Of a stretch of 64,000 bases of DNA, positions 50,879 to 64,000 are shown in pieces; the first letter of the stretch is position 1, and each line of letters begins with the position of its first letter. The DNA is taken from contig OZ024745.1 in the NCBI GenBank assembly GCA_964016885.1, positions 89,776,001-89,840,000 on the forward strand, in the 5' to 3' direction. The notes beneath the pieces were generated by a model that saw only the letters and a program-made list of their open reading frames with translations, was not told where the DNA came from and did no database searches. Made by a program: the position numbers and the translations under genes. This DNA comes from Eledone cirrhosa. Its lineage: Eukaryota.

Positions 50879-53790
50879 TATATTAATAGATGACTGTATT
50901 CCATAGTTGTGTGGTATATTAATAGATGACTGTATTCCATATTTGTGTAGAATATTAATAGATTACAGTATTCCATAGTTGTGTGGTATATTAATAGTTT
51001 ACAGTATTCCATAGTTGTGTGGTATATTAATAGATGGCAGTATTCCATAGTTGTGTGGTATATTAATAGATGGCAGTATTCCATAGTTGTGTGGTATATT
51101 AATAGATGACAGTATTCCATAGTTGTATTGTATATTAATAGATGGCAGTATTCCATATTTGTGTGGTATATTAATAGATGACAGTATTCCATGGTTGTAT
51201 GGTATATTAATAGAGGACAATATTCCATAGTTGTGTGGTATATTAATAGATGACAGTATTCCATATTTGTGTGGTATATTAATAGTTGACAGTATTTCAT
51301 AACTGTGTGGTATATTAATAGATGATAGTATTCCATAGTTGTATGGTATATTAATAGATAACTGTATTCCATAGTTGTGTGGTATATTAGTAGATGGCAG
51401 TATACCATAGTTGTGTGTTATATTAATAGATGGGAGTATTCCATAGTTGTGTGTTATATTAATACATGGCAGTATTCCATAGTTGTGTGGTATATTAATA
51501 AATGGCAGTATTCCATATTTGTGTGGTATATTAATAGATGACGATATTCCATAGTTGTGTGGTATATTAATAGATGATACTATTCCATAGTTGTGTGGAA
51601 TATCAATAGATGACAGTATTCCATAGTTGTGTGGTACATTAATAGATGACAGTATTCCATAGTTGTGTGGTATATTAATTGTTGACAGTATTCCATAGTT
51701 GTGAGGTATATTAAAAGTTGACAGTATTCCTTAGTTGTGTGGTATATTAATAGATGACGGTATTCCATATTTGTGTGCTATATTAATAGATGACAGTATT
51801 CCATAATTGTGTGGTATATTAATAGATGGCAATATTCCATAGTTGTATGGTATATTAATAGATAACTGTATTCCATAGTAGTCTGGTATATTAATAGATG
51901 GCAGTATTCCATAGTTGTGTGTTATATTAATAGATGGCAGTATTTCATAGTTGTGTGGTATATTAATAGATGATAGTATTCCATAGTTGTGTAGTATATC
52001 AATAGATGACAGTATTCCATAGTTGTATGGTATATTAAGAGATAACTGTATTGCATGGCTGTGTGGTATATTAATTGAATACAGTATTACATAGTTGTGT
52101 GGTATATTAATAGATGGAAGTATTCCATACTTGTGTGGTTTATTAATAGTTGACAATATGCCATAGTTGTGTGTTATATTAATAGATGACAGTATTCCAT
52201 AGATGTGTGGTATATTAATAAATGGTAGTATTCCATACTTGTGTGGGTTATTAATAGTTGACAATATGCCATAGTTGTGTGGTATATTAATAGATAACAG
52301 TATTCCATAGTTGTGTGGTATATAATTAGTTGACAATATTCCATAGTTTTGTGGTATATTAATAGATGGCAGTATTCCATAGTTGTATGGTATATTAATT
52401 AATGACAGTATTTCATAGTTGTGTTGTTTATTGATAGATGACAGTATTCCATAGTTGTGTGGTATATTAATAGATAACTGTATTCCATAGATGTGTGGTA
52501 TATTTATAGTTGATAGTAATCCATAGTTGTGTGGTATATTAATAGATGGCAGTATTCCATATTTGCGTGGTATATTAATAGATTACAGTATTCCATAGTT
52601 GTGTGGTATATTAATAGTTTACAGTATTCCATAGTTGTGTGGTATATTAATAGATGGCAGTATTCCCTAGTTGTGTGGTATATTAATAGATGACAGTATT
52701 CCATAGTTGTATGGTATATTAATAGATGTCAGTATTCCATAGTTGTGTGGTATATTAATAGATGACAGTATTCCATAGTTGTGTGGTATATTAATAGATG
52801 ACAGTATTCCATAGTATATTAATAGTTGACAGTATTCCATAATTGTATGGTATATTAATAGAGGACAATATTCCATAGTTGTGTGGTATATTAATAGATG
52901 ACAGTATTCCATAGTTGTGTGGTATATTAATAGTTGACAGTATTCCATAATTGTGCGGTATATTAATAGATGATAGTGTTCCATATGTGTATGCTATATT
53001 AATAGATAACTGTATTCCATAGTTGTTTGGTATATTAATAGATGGCAGTATACCATAGTTGTGTGTTATATTGATAGATGGCAGTATTCCATAGTTGCGT
53101 GTTATATTAATACATGGCAGTATTCCATGGTTGTGTGGTATATTAATAGATGGCAGTATTCCATAGTTGTGTGGTATATTAATAGATGACGGTATTCCAT
53201 AGTTGTGTGGTATATTAATAGATGACAGTATTCCATAGTTGTGTGGTATATTAATAGATGATAGTATTCCATAGGTGTGTGGTATATCAATAGATGACAG
53301 TATTCCATAGTTGTGTGGTACATTAATAGATGACAGTATTCCATAGTTGTGTGGTATATCAATAGATGACAGTATTCCATAGTTGTGTGGTATATTAATA
53401 GATGACAGTATTCCATAGTTGTGTGGTATATTAATTGTTGACTGTATTCCATAATTGTGTGGTATATTAATAGATGATAGTATTCCATAGTTGTATGGTA
53501 TATTAATAGATAACTGAATTCCATAGTTGTGTGGTATATTAATAGATGGCAGTATTCCATAGTTGTGTGTTATATTAATAGATGGCAGTATTCCATAGTT
53601 GTGTGTTATATTAATACATGGCAGTATTCCATAGTTGTGTGGTATATTAATAGATGGCAGTATTCCATAGTTGTATGGTATATTAATAGATGACTGTATT
53701 CCATAGTTGTATGGTATATTAATAGATTAAAGCATTTCATAGTTGTATGGTATATTAATAGATGGCAGTATTCCATAGTTGTGTGGTATA

Positions 53791-56700
53791 TTAATAGATG
53801 ACAGTATTCCATAGTTGTGGGTTATATTAATAGATGGCAGTATTTCATAGTTGTGTGGTATATTAATAGATGACAGTATTCCATACTTTTATGGTATATT
53901 AATAGATGACAGTATTCGATAATTGTGTGGTATATTAATGGATGACAGTATTCCATATTTGTGTGGTATATTAATATTTGACATTATTCCATAATTGTGT
54001 GGTATATTAATATATGCCAATATTCCATAGTTGTGTGGTATATTAATACATGACACTATTCCATAGATGTGTGGTATATTAATAGATGACAGTATTCCAT
54101 AATTGTGCGGTACATTAATAGATGACAGTATTCCATAGTTGTGTGGTATATTAATAGATGATAGTATTCCATAGTTGTATGGTATATTAATAGATGACTG
54201 TATTCCATAGTTCTGTGGTATATTAATAGATGTCAGTATTCCATAGTTATGTAGTATATTAATAGATGACAGTATTCCATATTTGTGTGGTATATTAGTA
54301 GATGACAGTATTCTAAAGTTGTGTGGTATATTAAGAGATGACAGTATTCCATAGTTGTGTGGTATATTAATAGATGACAGGATTCCATATTTGTGTGGTA
54401 TATTAATAGATGACACTATTCCATATTTGTGTGGTATATTAATAGATGATAGTATTCCATAGTTGTATGGTATATTAATAGATGGCAGTATTCCATAGTT
54501 GTGTGGTATATTAATAGATGACAGTATTCCATAGTTGTGTGGTATATTAATAGATGACAGTATTCCATAATTGTATCGTATATTAATAGGTGGCGGTATT
54601 CTATATTTGTGTGGTATATGAATAGATAACTGTATTCCATGGTTCTATGGTATGTTAATAGATGGCAGTGTTCCATAGTTGTGTGGTATATTAATAGATG
54701 GCAGTATTCCATAGTTGTGTGGTATATTAATAGTTGACAGTATTCCATAGTTGTGTGCTATATTAGTAGATGACTGTATTCCATATTTGTGTGATATATT
54801 AATAGTTGACTGTATTCCATAGTTGTGTGGTATATTAATATTTGACAGTATTCCATAGTTGTGTGGTATATTAATAGATGACAGTATTCCATAGTTGTAT
54901 GGTATATTAATACATGATTATGTTCCATAGTTGTGTGATATATTAATAGATGACATTATTACAAAGGTGTGTGGTATATTAATAGATGACAGAATTCCAT
55001 AGTTATGTAGTATATTAATAGATGACAATATTCCATATTTACATACTTTGAGAGGGTCATGTTGCTAATAAGAAACACACGCACCATTTGCTATCACTTT
55101 AATTTATTATAAACTAAATTTATAAATTAAATTTATAATAAATTAAAGTGAAAGCAACTTTTGTGTGTGTTTCTTATTAGCGACATGACCCTCCCAAATT
55201 ATAACAATATCGGTTTCAACACACGTTTTCAGATAAAGGATCTTGCTAAACATATTCAGAAACGAAATATTCCATAGTTGTGTGGTATATTAATATTTGA
55301 CAGTATTCCATATTTGTGTTGTATATTAATAGATGGCAGTATTCCATAGTTGTGTGGTATATTATTAGTTGATAGTATTCCATAGTTGTGTGGTATATTA
55401 GTAGATGACTGTATGCCATAGGTGTGTGGTATATTAATAGATGACAGTATTCCATAGTTGTGTGGTATATTAATAGATGACAGTATTTCATAGTTGTGTG
55501 GTATATTATTATATGACAGTATTCCATAGTTGTGTGGTATATTAATAGATGACAGTATTCCATAGTTGTGTAGTATATTAATAGATGACAATATTCCATA
55601 TTGTTATACTTTGGGGGGGTCATGTTGCCAATAAGAAACACACGCACCAGTTGCTTTCACTTTAATTTATTATAAATTAAATTTATAAGTTTAATCTATA
55701 ATAAATTAAAGTGAAAGCAACTGGTGCTTGTGTTTCTTATTAGCAACATGAACCTCCCGAAGTATAACAATATCGGTTTCAACACACGTTTTAAGATAAA
55801 GAATCTTGCTCAACAAATTCAGAAACGAAATATTCCATAGTTGTGTGGTATATTAATAGTTGACAGTATTCCCTAGTTGTGTGGTATATTAATAGATGAC
55901 AGTATTCCATAGTTGTGTGGTATATTAATAGATGACCGTATTCCATACTTCTGTGGTATATTAATAGATGGCAGAATTCTATATGTGTGTGGTATATTCA
56001 TAGATGACAGTATTCCATACTTGTGTGGTATATTAATAGATGACAGTATTCCATAGTCGTGTGGTATATTAATAGATTACAGTATTCCATAGTTGTGTGG
56101 TATATTAATAGATGATAGTAATCCATAGATGTGTGGTATATTAATAGATGATAGTGTTCCATAGTTGTATGGTATATTAATAGATAATTATATTCCATAG
56201 TTGTATGGTATATTAATAGATAACTATATTCCATAGTTGTGTGGTATATTAATAGTTTACAGTATTCCATATTTCTGTGGTATATTAAAAGATGGCAGTA
56301 TTCCATAATTGTATGGTATATTAATAGTTGACAATGTTCCATATTTGTGTGGTATATTAATAGATGACACTATTCCATAGCTGTGTGGTATATTAATAGA
56401 TGACAGTATTCCATAGTTGTGTGGTATATTAATAGATGACATCATTCCATAGAGGGCGGAGGATTGGCCGTATCGGCGGAGGTTCGGACGCCATGCTTTC
56501 CAGCATAGTTACGTCCCTTTACGATCTGAGTTCAAATCCCGCCGAGGTTGACTTTGCCTTTCATCCTTAAGGGTTCGATAAATTAAAGTACCATTAATGC
56601 ACTGGTTAATTGCTGGCCTTGTGCCTAACGTAGAAATAATTATTCCATAGTTGTGTGGTATATTAATAGATGACAGTATTCCATAGTTGTGTGGTATATT

Positions 56701-59700
56701 AATAGATGACAGTATTCCATAGTTGTGTGGTATATTAATAGATGACTGTATTCCATAGTTGTGTGGTATGTTAATAGATGACATTATTACATATTTGTAT
56801 GGTATATTAATGGATGATAGTATTTCATAGTTCTATGGTATATTAATAGATGACTGTATTCCATAGTTGTATGGTATATTAATAGATAAGTGTATTCATA
56901 GTTGTGTGGTATATTAATAGATGGCAGTATTCCATATTTGTGTGTTATATTAATAGATGGCAGTATTCCATAGTTGTGTGGTATATTATAGATTACAGTG
57001 TTCATAGTTGTGTGGTATATTAATAGATGACAATATTCCATATTGTTATACTTTGGGAGGGTCATGTTACCAATAAAAATCACACGCACCAGTTGCTTAC
57101 ACTTTAAATTATTATAAATTAAATTCATGAATTTAATTTGTAATAAATAAAAGTGAAAGCTTCTGGTGCGTGTGTTTCTTATTGGCAACATGACCCTGCC
57201 AAATTATAACAATATCGGTTTCAACACACGTTTTCAGATAAAGAATCTTGCTCAACAAATTGTAGAAACGAAATATTCCATAGATGAGTGGTATATTAGT
57301 AGTTGACAGTATTCCCTCGTTGTGTGGTATATTAATAGATAACAGTAATCCATAGTAGTGTGGTATATTAATAGATGACAGTATTCCATAGGTGTGTGGT
57401 ATATTAATAGTTGACAGTATTCCATAGTTGTGTGGTATATTAGTAGATGACAGTATTCCATAGCTGTGTGGTATATTAATAGATGACAGTATTCCATAGT
57501 TGTGTGGTATATTAATAGATGACTGTATTCCATAGTTGTGTGGTATATTAATAGGTGAAACTATTACATATTTATATGGTATATTAATAGATGACAGTAT
57601 TCAATAGTTGTGTGGTATATTAATAGATGACAGTATTCCATAGTTGTATGGTATATTAATAGATGACAATGTTCCATAATTGTTTGGTATATTAATAGAT
57701 GTCAGTATTCCATAGTTGTGTGGTATATTAATAGATGACAATGTTCCATAATTGTGTGGTATATTAATAGATGACAGTACACCATAGTTGTATGGTATAT
57801 TAATACATGACAGTGTTCCATAGTTGTGTGGTATATTAATACATGACAGTGTTCCATAGTTGTGTGGTATATTAATAGATGACCGTATTCCATAGTTGTG
57901 TGGTATATTAATAGATGACAGTATTCCATAGTTGTGTGGTATATTAATAGATGACAGTATTACATAGTTGTGTGGTATATTAATAGAGGAGAGTATTCCA
58001 TAGTTGTGTGGTATATTAATAGATGACAGTATTCCATAGTTGTGTGGTATATTAATAGATGACAATGTTCCATAATTGTGTGGTATATTAATAGATGACA
58101 GTATACCATAGTTGTATGGTATATTAATAGATGACAGTATTCCATAGTTGTGTGGTATATTAATAGATAACAGTATTCCATAGTTGTGTGGTATATTAAT
58201 AGATGACAGTATTCCATAGTTGTGTGCGATATTAATAGATGACAGTATTCCATATTTGTGTGGTATATTAATAGATAAAGTATTCCATAGTTGTGTGGTA
58301 TATTAATAGATGACACTATTCCATAGTTGTGTGGTATGTTAATAGATAATAGTAATCCATAGTTGTGTGGGATATTAATAGATGACAGTATTCCATAGTT
58401 GTATAGTATATAAATAGATGACACTATTCCATAGTTGTGTGGTATATTAATAGATGGCAGTATTCCATAATTGTGTGGTATATAAATAGATGACAGTATT
58501 CCATAGTTGTGTGGTATATTAATAGATGGCAGTATTCCATAGTTGTGTGTTATATTAATAGATGACACTATTCCATAGTTGTGTGGTATATTAATAGATG
58601 GCAGTATTCCATAGATGTGTGGTATATTAATAGATGAAACTATTCCATAGTTGTGTGTTATATTAATAGATGGCAGTATTCCATACTTGTGGGTATATTA
58701 ATAGATGGCAGTATTCCATAGTTGTGTGGTATATTAATAGATGAAACTATTCCATAGTTGTGTGGTATATTAATAGATGACAATGTTCCATAATTGTGTG
58801 GTATATTAATAGATGACAGTACACCATAGTTGTATGGTATATTAACACATGACAGTGTTCCATAGTTGTGTGGTATATTTATACATGACAGTGTTCCATA
58901 GTTGTGTGGTATATTAATAGATGACCGTATTCCATAGTTGTGTGGTATGTTAATAGAAGATAGTAATCTATAGTTGTGTGGGATATTAATAGATGACAGT
59001 ATTCCATAGTTGTGTGGTATATTAATAGATGACACTATTCCATAGTTGTGTGGTATATTAATAGGTGACACTATTCCATAGCTGTGTGGTATATTAATAG
59101 ATGACAGTATTCCATAGTTGTGTGGTATATTAATAGATAACAGTATTCCATAGTTGTGTGGTATATTAATAGATGACAGTATTCCATAGTTGTGTGCTAT
59201 ATTAATAGATGACAGTATTCCATAGTTGTGTGGTATATTAATATATAAGAGTATTCCATAGTTGTGTGGTATATTAATAGATGACACTATTCCATAGTTG
59301 CGTGGTATATTAATAGATGACAGTATTCCATAGTTGTGTGGTATGTTAATAGATGATAGTAAACCATAGTTGTGTGGGATATTAATAGATGACAGTATTC
59401 CATAGTTGTATAGTATATTAATAGATGGCAGTATTCCATAATTGTGTTGTATATAAATAGATGACAGTATTCCATAGTAGTTTGGTATAGTAATAGATAA
59501 GAGTATGCCATAGTTGTGTGGTATGTTAATAGATGACACTATTCCATAGTTGTGTGGTATATTAATAGATGAGTGTTCCATAGTTGTGTGGTATATTAAT
59601 AGCTAAGAGTATTCCATAGTTATGTGGTATATTAATAGATGGCAGTATTCCATAGTTGTGTGTTATATTAATAGATAACACTATTCCATAGTTGTGTGGT

Positions 59701-62700
59701 ATATTAATAGATGGCAGTATTCCATAGTTGTGTGGTATATTAATAGATGAAGCTATTCCATAGTTGTGTGTTATATTAATAGATGGCAGTATTCCATACT
59801 TGTGTGGTATATTAATATTTGACAGTATTGCATAGTTGTGTGGTATATTAATAGATGACACTATTCCATAGTTGTGTGGTAAATTAATAGATGACATTAT
59901 TCCATAGTGGTGTGGTATATAAATAGATGACAGTATTCCATAGTTGTGTGGTATATTAATAGATGACAGTATTCCATAGTTGTGTGGTATATTAATAGTT
60001 GACCGTATTCCATAGTTGTGTGTTATATTAATAGTTGACAGTATTCCATAGTTGTGTGGTATATTAATAGATGACAGTATTCCATAGTTGTATGGTATAT
60101 TAATAGATGACAGTATTCCATAGTTGTGTGGTATATTAATACATAACAATATTCCATAGTTGTGTCGTATATTAATAGTTGACAGTATTCCATAGTTATA
60201 TGGTATATTAATAGATGACATTATTCCATATATGTGTGGTATATTAATAGATGGCAGTATTCCATATTTATGTGGTAAGTTAATAGATGACAGTATTCCA
60301 TAGTTGTGGGTTATATTAATAGATGGCAGTATTTCATAGTTGTGTGGTATATTAATAGATGACAGTATTCCATACTTTTATGGTATATTAATAGATGACA
60401 GTATTCGATAATTGTGTGGTATATTAATGGATGACAGTATTCCATATTTGTGTGGTATATTAATATTTGACATTATTCCATAATTGTGTGGTATATTAAT
60501 ATATGCCAATATTCCATAGTTGTGTGGTATATTAATACATGACACTATTCCATAGATGTGTGGTATATTAATAGATGACAGTATTCCATAATTGTGCGGT
60601 ACATTAATAGATGACAGTATTCCATAGTTGTGTGGTATATTAATAGATGATAGTATTCCATAGTTGTATGGTATATTAATAGATGACTGTATTCCATAGT
60701 TCTGTGGTATATTAATAGATGTCAGTATTCCATAGTTATGTAGTATATTAATAGATGACAGTATTCCATATTTGTGTGGTATATTAGTAGATGACAGTAT
60801 TCTAAAGTTGTGTGGTATATTAAGAGATGACAGTATTCCATAGTTGTGTGGTATATTAATAGATGACAGGATTCCATATTTGTGTGGTATATTAATAGAT
60901 GACACTATTCCATATTTGTGTGGTATATTAATAGATGATAGTATTCCATAGTTGTATGGTATATTAATAGATGGCAGTATTCCATAGTTGTGTGGTATAT
61001 TAATAGATGACAGTATTCCATAGTTGTGTGGTATATTAATAGATGACAGTATTCCATAATTGTATCGTATATTAATAGGTGGCGGTATTCTATATTTGTG
61101 TGGTATATGAATAGATAACTGTATTCCATGGTTCTATGGTATGTTAATAGATGGCAGTGTTCCATAGTTGTGTGGTATATTAATAGATGGCAGTATTCCA
61201 TAGTTGTGTGGTATATTAATAGTTGACAGTATTCCATAGTTGTGTGCTATATTAGTAGATGACTGTATTCCATATTTGTGTGATATATTAATAGTTGACT
61301 GTATTCCATAGTTGTGTGGTATATTAATATTTGACAGTATTCCATAGTTGTGTGGTATATTAATAGATGACAGTATTCCATAGTTGTATGGTATATTAAT
61401 ACATGATTATGTTCCATAGTTGTGTGATATATTAATAGATGACATTATTACAAAGGTGTGTGGTATATTAATAGATGACAGAATTCCATAGTTATGTAGT
61501 ATATTAATAGATGACAATATTCCATATTTACATACTTTGAGAGGGTCATGTTGCTAATAAGAAACACACGCACCATTTGCTATCACTTTAATTTATTATA
61601 AACTAAATTTATAAATTAAATTTATAATAAATTAAAGTGAAAGCAACTTTTGTGTGTGTTTCTTATTAGCGACATGACCCTCCCAAATTATAACAATATC
61701 GGTTTCAACACACGTTTTCAGATAAAGGATCTTGCTAAACATATTCAGAAACGAAATATTCCATAGTTGTGTGGTATATTAATATTTGACAGTATTCCAT
61801 ATTTGTGTTGTATATTAATAGATGGCAGTATTCCATAGTTGTGTGGTATATTATTAGTTGATAGTATTCCATAGTTGTGTGGTATATTAGTAGATGACTG
61901 TATGCCATAGGTGTGTGGTATATTAATAGATGACAGTATTCCATAGTTGTGTGGTATATTAATAGATGACAGTATTTCATAGTTGTGTGGTATATTATTA
62001 TATGACAGTATTCCATAGTTGTGTGGTATATTAATAGATGACAGTATTCCATAGTTGTGTAGTATATTAATAGATGACAATATTCCATATTGTTATACTT
62101 TGGGGGGGTCATGTTGCCAATAAGAAACACACGCACCAGTTGCTTTCACTTTAATTTATTATAAATTAAATTTATAAGTTTAATCTATAATAAATTAAAG
62201 TGAAAGCAACTGGTGCTTGTGTTTCTTATTAGCAACATGAACCTCCCAAAGTATAACAATATCGGTTTCAACACACGTTTTAAGATAAAGAATCTTGCTC
62301 AACAAATTCAGAAACGAAATATTCCATAGTTGTGTGGTATATTAATAGTTGACAGTATTCCCTAGTTGTGTGGTATATTAATAGATGACAGTATTCCATA
62401 GTTGTGTGGTATATTAATAGATGACCGTATTCCATACTTCTGTGGTATATTAATAGATGGCAGAATTCTATATGTGTGTGGTATATTCATAGATGACAGT
62501 ATTCCATACTTGTGTGGTATATTAATAGATGACAGTATTCCATAGTCGTGTGGTATATTAATAGATTACAGTATTCCATAGTTGTGTGGTATATTAATAG
62601 ATGATAGTAATCCATAGATGTGTGGTATATTAATAGATGATAATGTTCCATAGTTGTATGGTATATTAATAGATAATTATATTCCATAGTTGTATGGTAT

Positions 62701-64000
62701 ATTAATAGATAACTCTATTCCATAGTTGTGTGGTATATTAATAGTTTACAGTATTCCATATTTCTGTGGTATATTAAAAGATGGCAGTATTCCATAATTG
62801 TATGGTATATTAATAGTTGACAATGTTCCATATTTGTGTGGTATATTAATAGATGACACTATTCCATAGCTGTGTGGTATATTAATAGATGACAGTATTC
62901 CATAGTTGTGTGGTATATTAATAGATGACATCATTCCATAGAGGGCGGAGGATTGGCCGTATCGGCGGAGGTTCGGACGCCATGCTTTCCAGCATAGTTA
63001 CGTCCCTTTACGATCTGAGTTCAAATCCCGCCGAGGTTGACTTTGCCTTTCATCCTTAAGGGTTCGATAAATTAAAGTACCATTAATGCACTGGTTAATT
63101 GCTGGCCTTGTGCCTAACGTAGAAATAATTATTCCATAGTTGTGTGGTATATTAATAGATGACAGTATTCCATAGTTGTGTGGTATATTAATAGATGACA
63201 GTATTCCATAGTTGTGTGGTATATTAATAGATGACTGTATTCCATAGTTGTGTGGTATGTTAATAGATGAAATTATTACATATTTGTATGGTATATTAAT
63301 GGATGATAGTATTTCATAGTTCTATGGTATATTAATAGATGACTGTATTCCATAGTTGTATGGTATATTAATAGATAAGTGTATTCATAGTTGTGTGGTA
63401 TATTAATAGATGGCAGTATTCCATATTTGTGTGTTATATTAATAGATGGCAGTATTCCATAGTTGTGTGGTATATTATAGATTACAGTGTTCATAGTTGT
63501 GTGGTATATTAATAGATGACAATATTCCATATTGTTATACTTTGGGAGGGTCATGTTACCAATAAAAATCACACGCACCAGTTGCTTACACTTTAAATTA
63601 TTATAAATTAAATTCATGAATTTAATTTGTAATAAATAAAAGTGAAAGCTTCTGGTGCGTGTGTTTCTTATTGGCAACATGACCCTGCCAAATTATAACA
63701 ATATCGGTTTCAACACACGTTTTCAGATAAAGAATCTTGCTCAACAAATTGTAGAAACGAAATATTCCATAGATGAGTGGTATATTAGTAGTTGACAGTA
63801 TTCCCTCGTTGTGTGGTATATTAATAGATAACAGTAATCCATAGTAGTGTGGTATATTAATAGATGACAGTATTCCATAGGTGTGTGGTATATTAATAGT
63901 TGACAGTATTCCATAGTTGTGTGGTATATTAGTAGATGACAGTATTCCATAGCTGTGTGGTATATTAATAGATGACAGTATTCCATAGTTGTGTGGTATA
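53791..64000. repeat. 6489-bp higher-order duplication within the satellite
   Basis: Track ORFs recur at a constant offset (53889/60378, 54416/60905, 55246/61735, 56787/63276). The SINE and palindromes are duplicated with the block. Only a handful of differences were seen. Confidence 0.93.
56453..56640 (+). mobile_element. SINE inserted in the satellite (duplicate at 62942-63129)
   Basis: Full-length family member flanked by AT(C/T)ATTCCATAG direct repeats. Confidence 0.9.

Larger units (their letters stand above)
46170..64000. repeat. 36-bp tandem satellite, consensus ATTCCATAGTTGTGTGGTATATTAATAGATGACAGT, running off the window
   Basis: Hundreds of head-to-tail monomers with scattered substitutions. 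The 12-aa periodic ORFs (MEYCHLLIYHTT / GILSSINIPHNY) confirm the 36-bp period. Decayed monomers also occur at about 45815-45880. Confidence 0.98.

Noticed and set aside
46054-63986. Repeat proteins (MEYCHLLIYHTT)n and (GILSSINIPHNY)n
   Set aside because: A 36-bp unit with two stop-free frames produces these automatically. Frequent stops, indels and TE insertions show no coding constraint.
46170-64000. CRISPR array (36-bp repeats)
   Set aside because: Monomers are contiguous with no unique spacers, there are no cas genes, and the context is eukaryotic. It is a satellite.

Overview
AT-rich, microsatellite-dense, repeat-dominated animal genomic DNA with no recognisable host gene. The SINE family and overall repeat style suggest a mollusc, probably an octopus; this is inference from recall, not a search. 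Main contents: (i) an L1/Tx1-clade LINE with two intact ORFs (minus strand, about 16961-22700), plus a 5'-truncated copy inserted in the satellite; (ii) two copies of one Penelope-like element (PLE; RT plus C-terminal GIY-YIG) and relics of other PLE families, several with inverted-repeat or fold-back architecture; (iii) about ten minimal type-I hammerhead ribozyme (HHR) motifs, most with self-complementary stem III. Some lie in ORF-less 446-554 bp monomers that are tandemly repeated or circularly permuted, as expected for retrozymes; (iv) many copies of a tRNA-derived SINE, Helentron/DINE-like elements, and RTE and R4-like LINE relics; (v) an 18 kb 36-bp satellite (about 46170 to the window end) with a 6489-bp higher-order duplication and seven embedded palindromes built from the PLE 3' terminus. 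Most short ORFs in the supplied track are microsatellite or satellite artefacts. All alignments and folds were done by eye.
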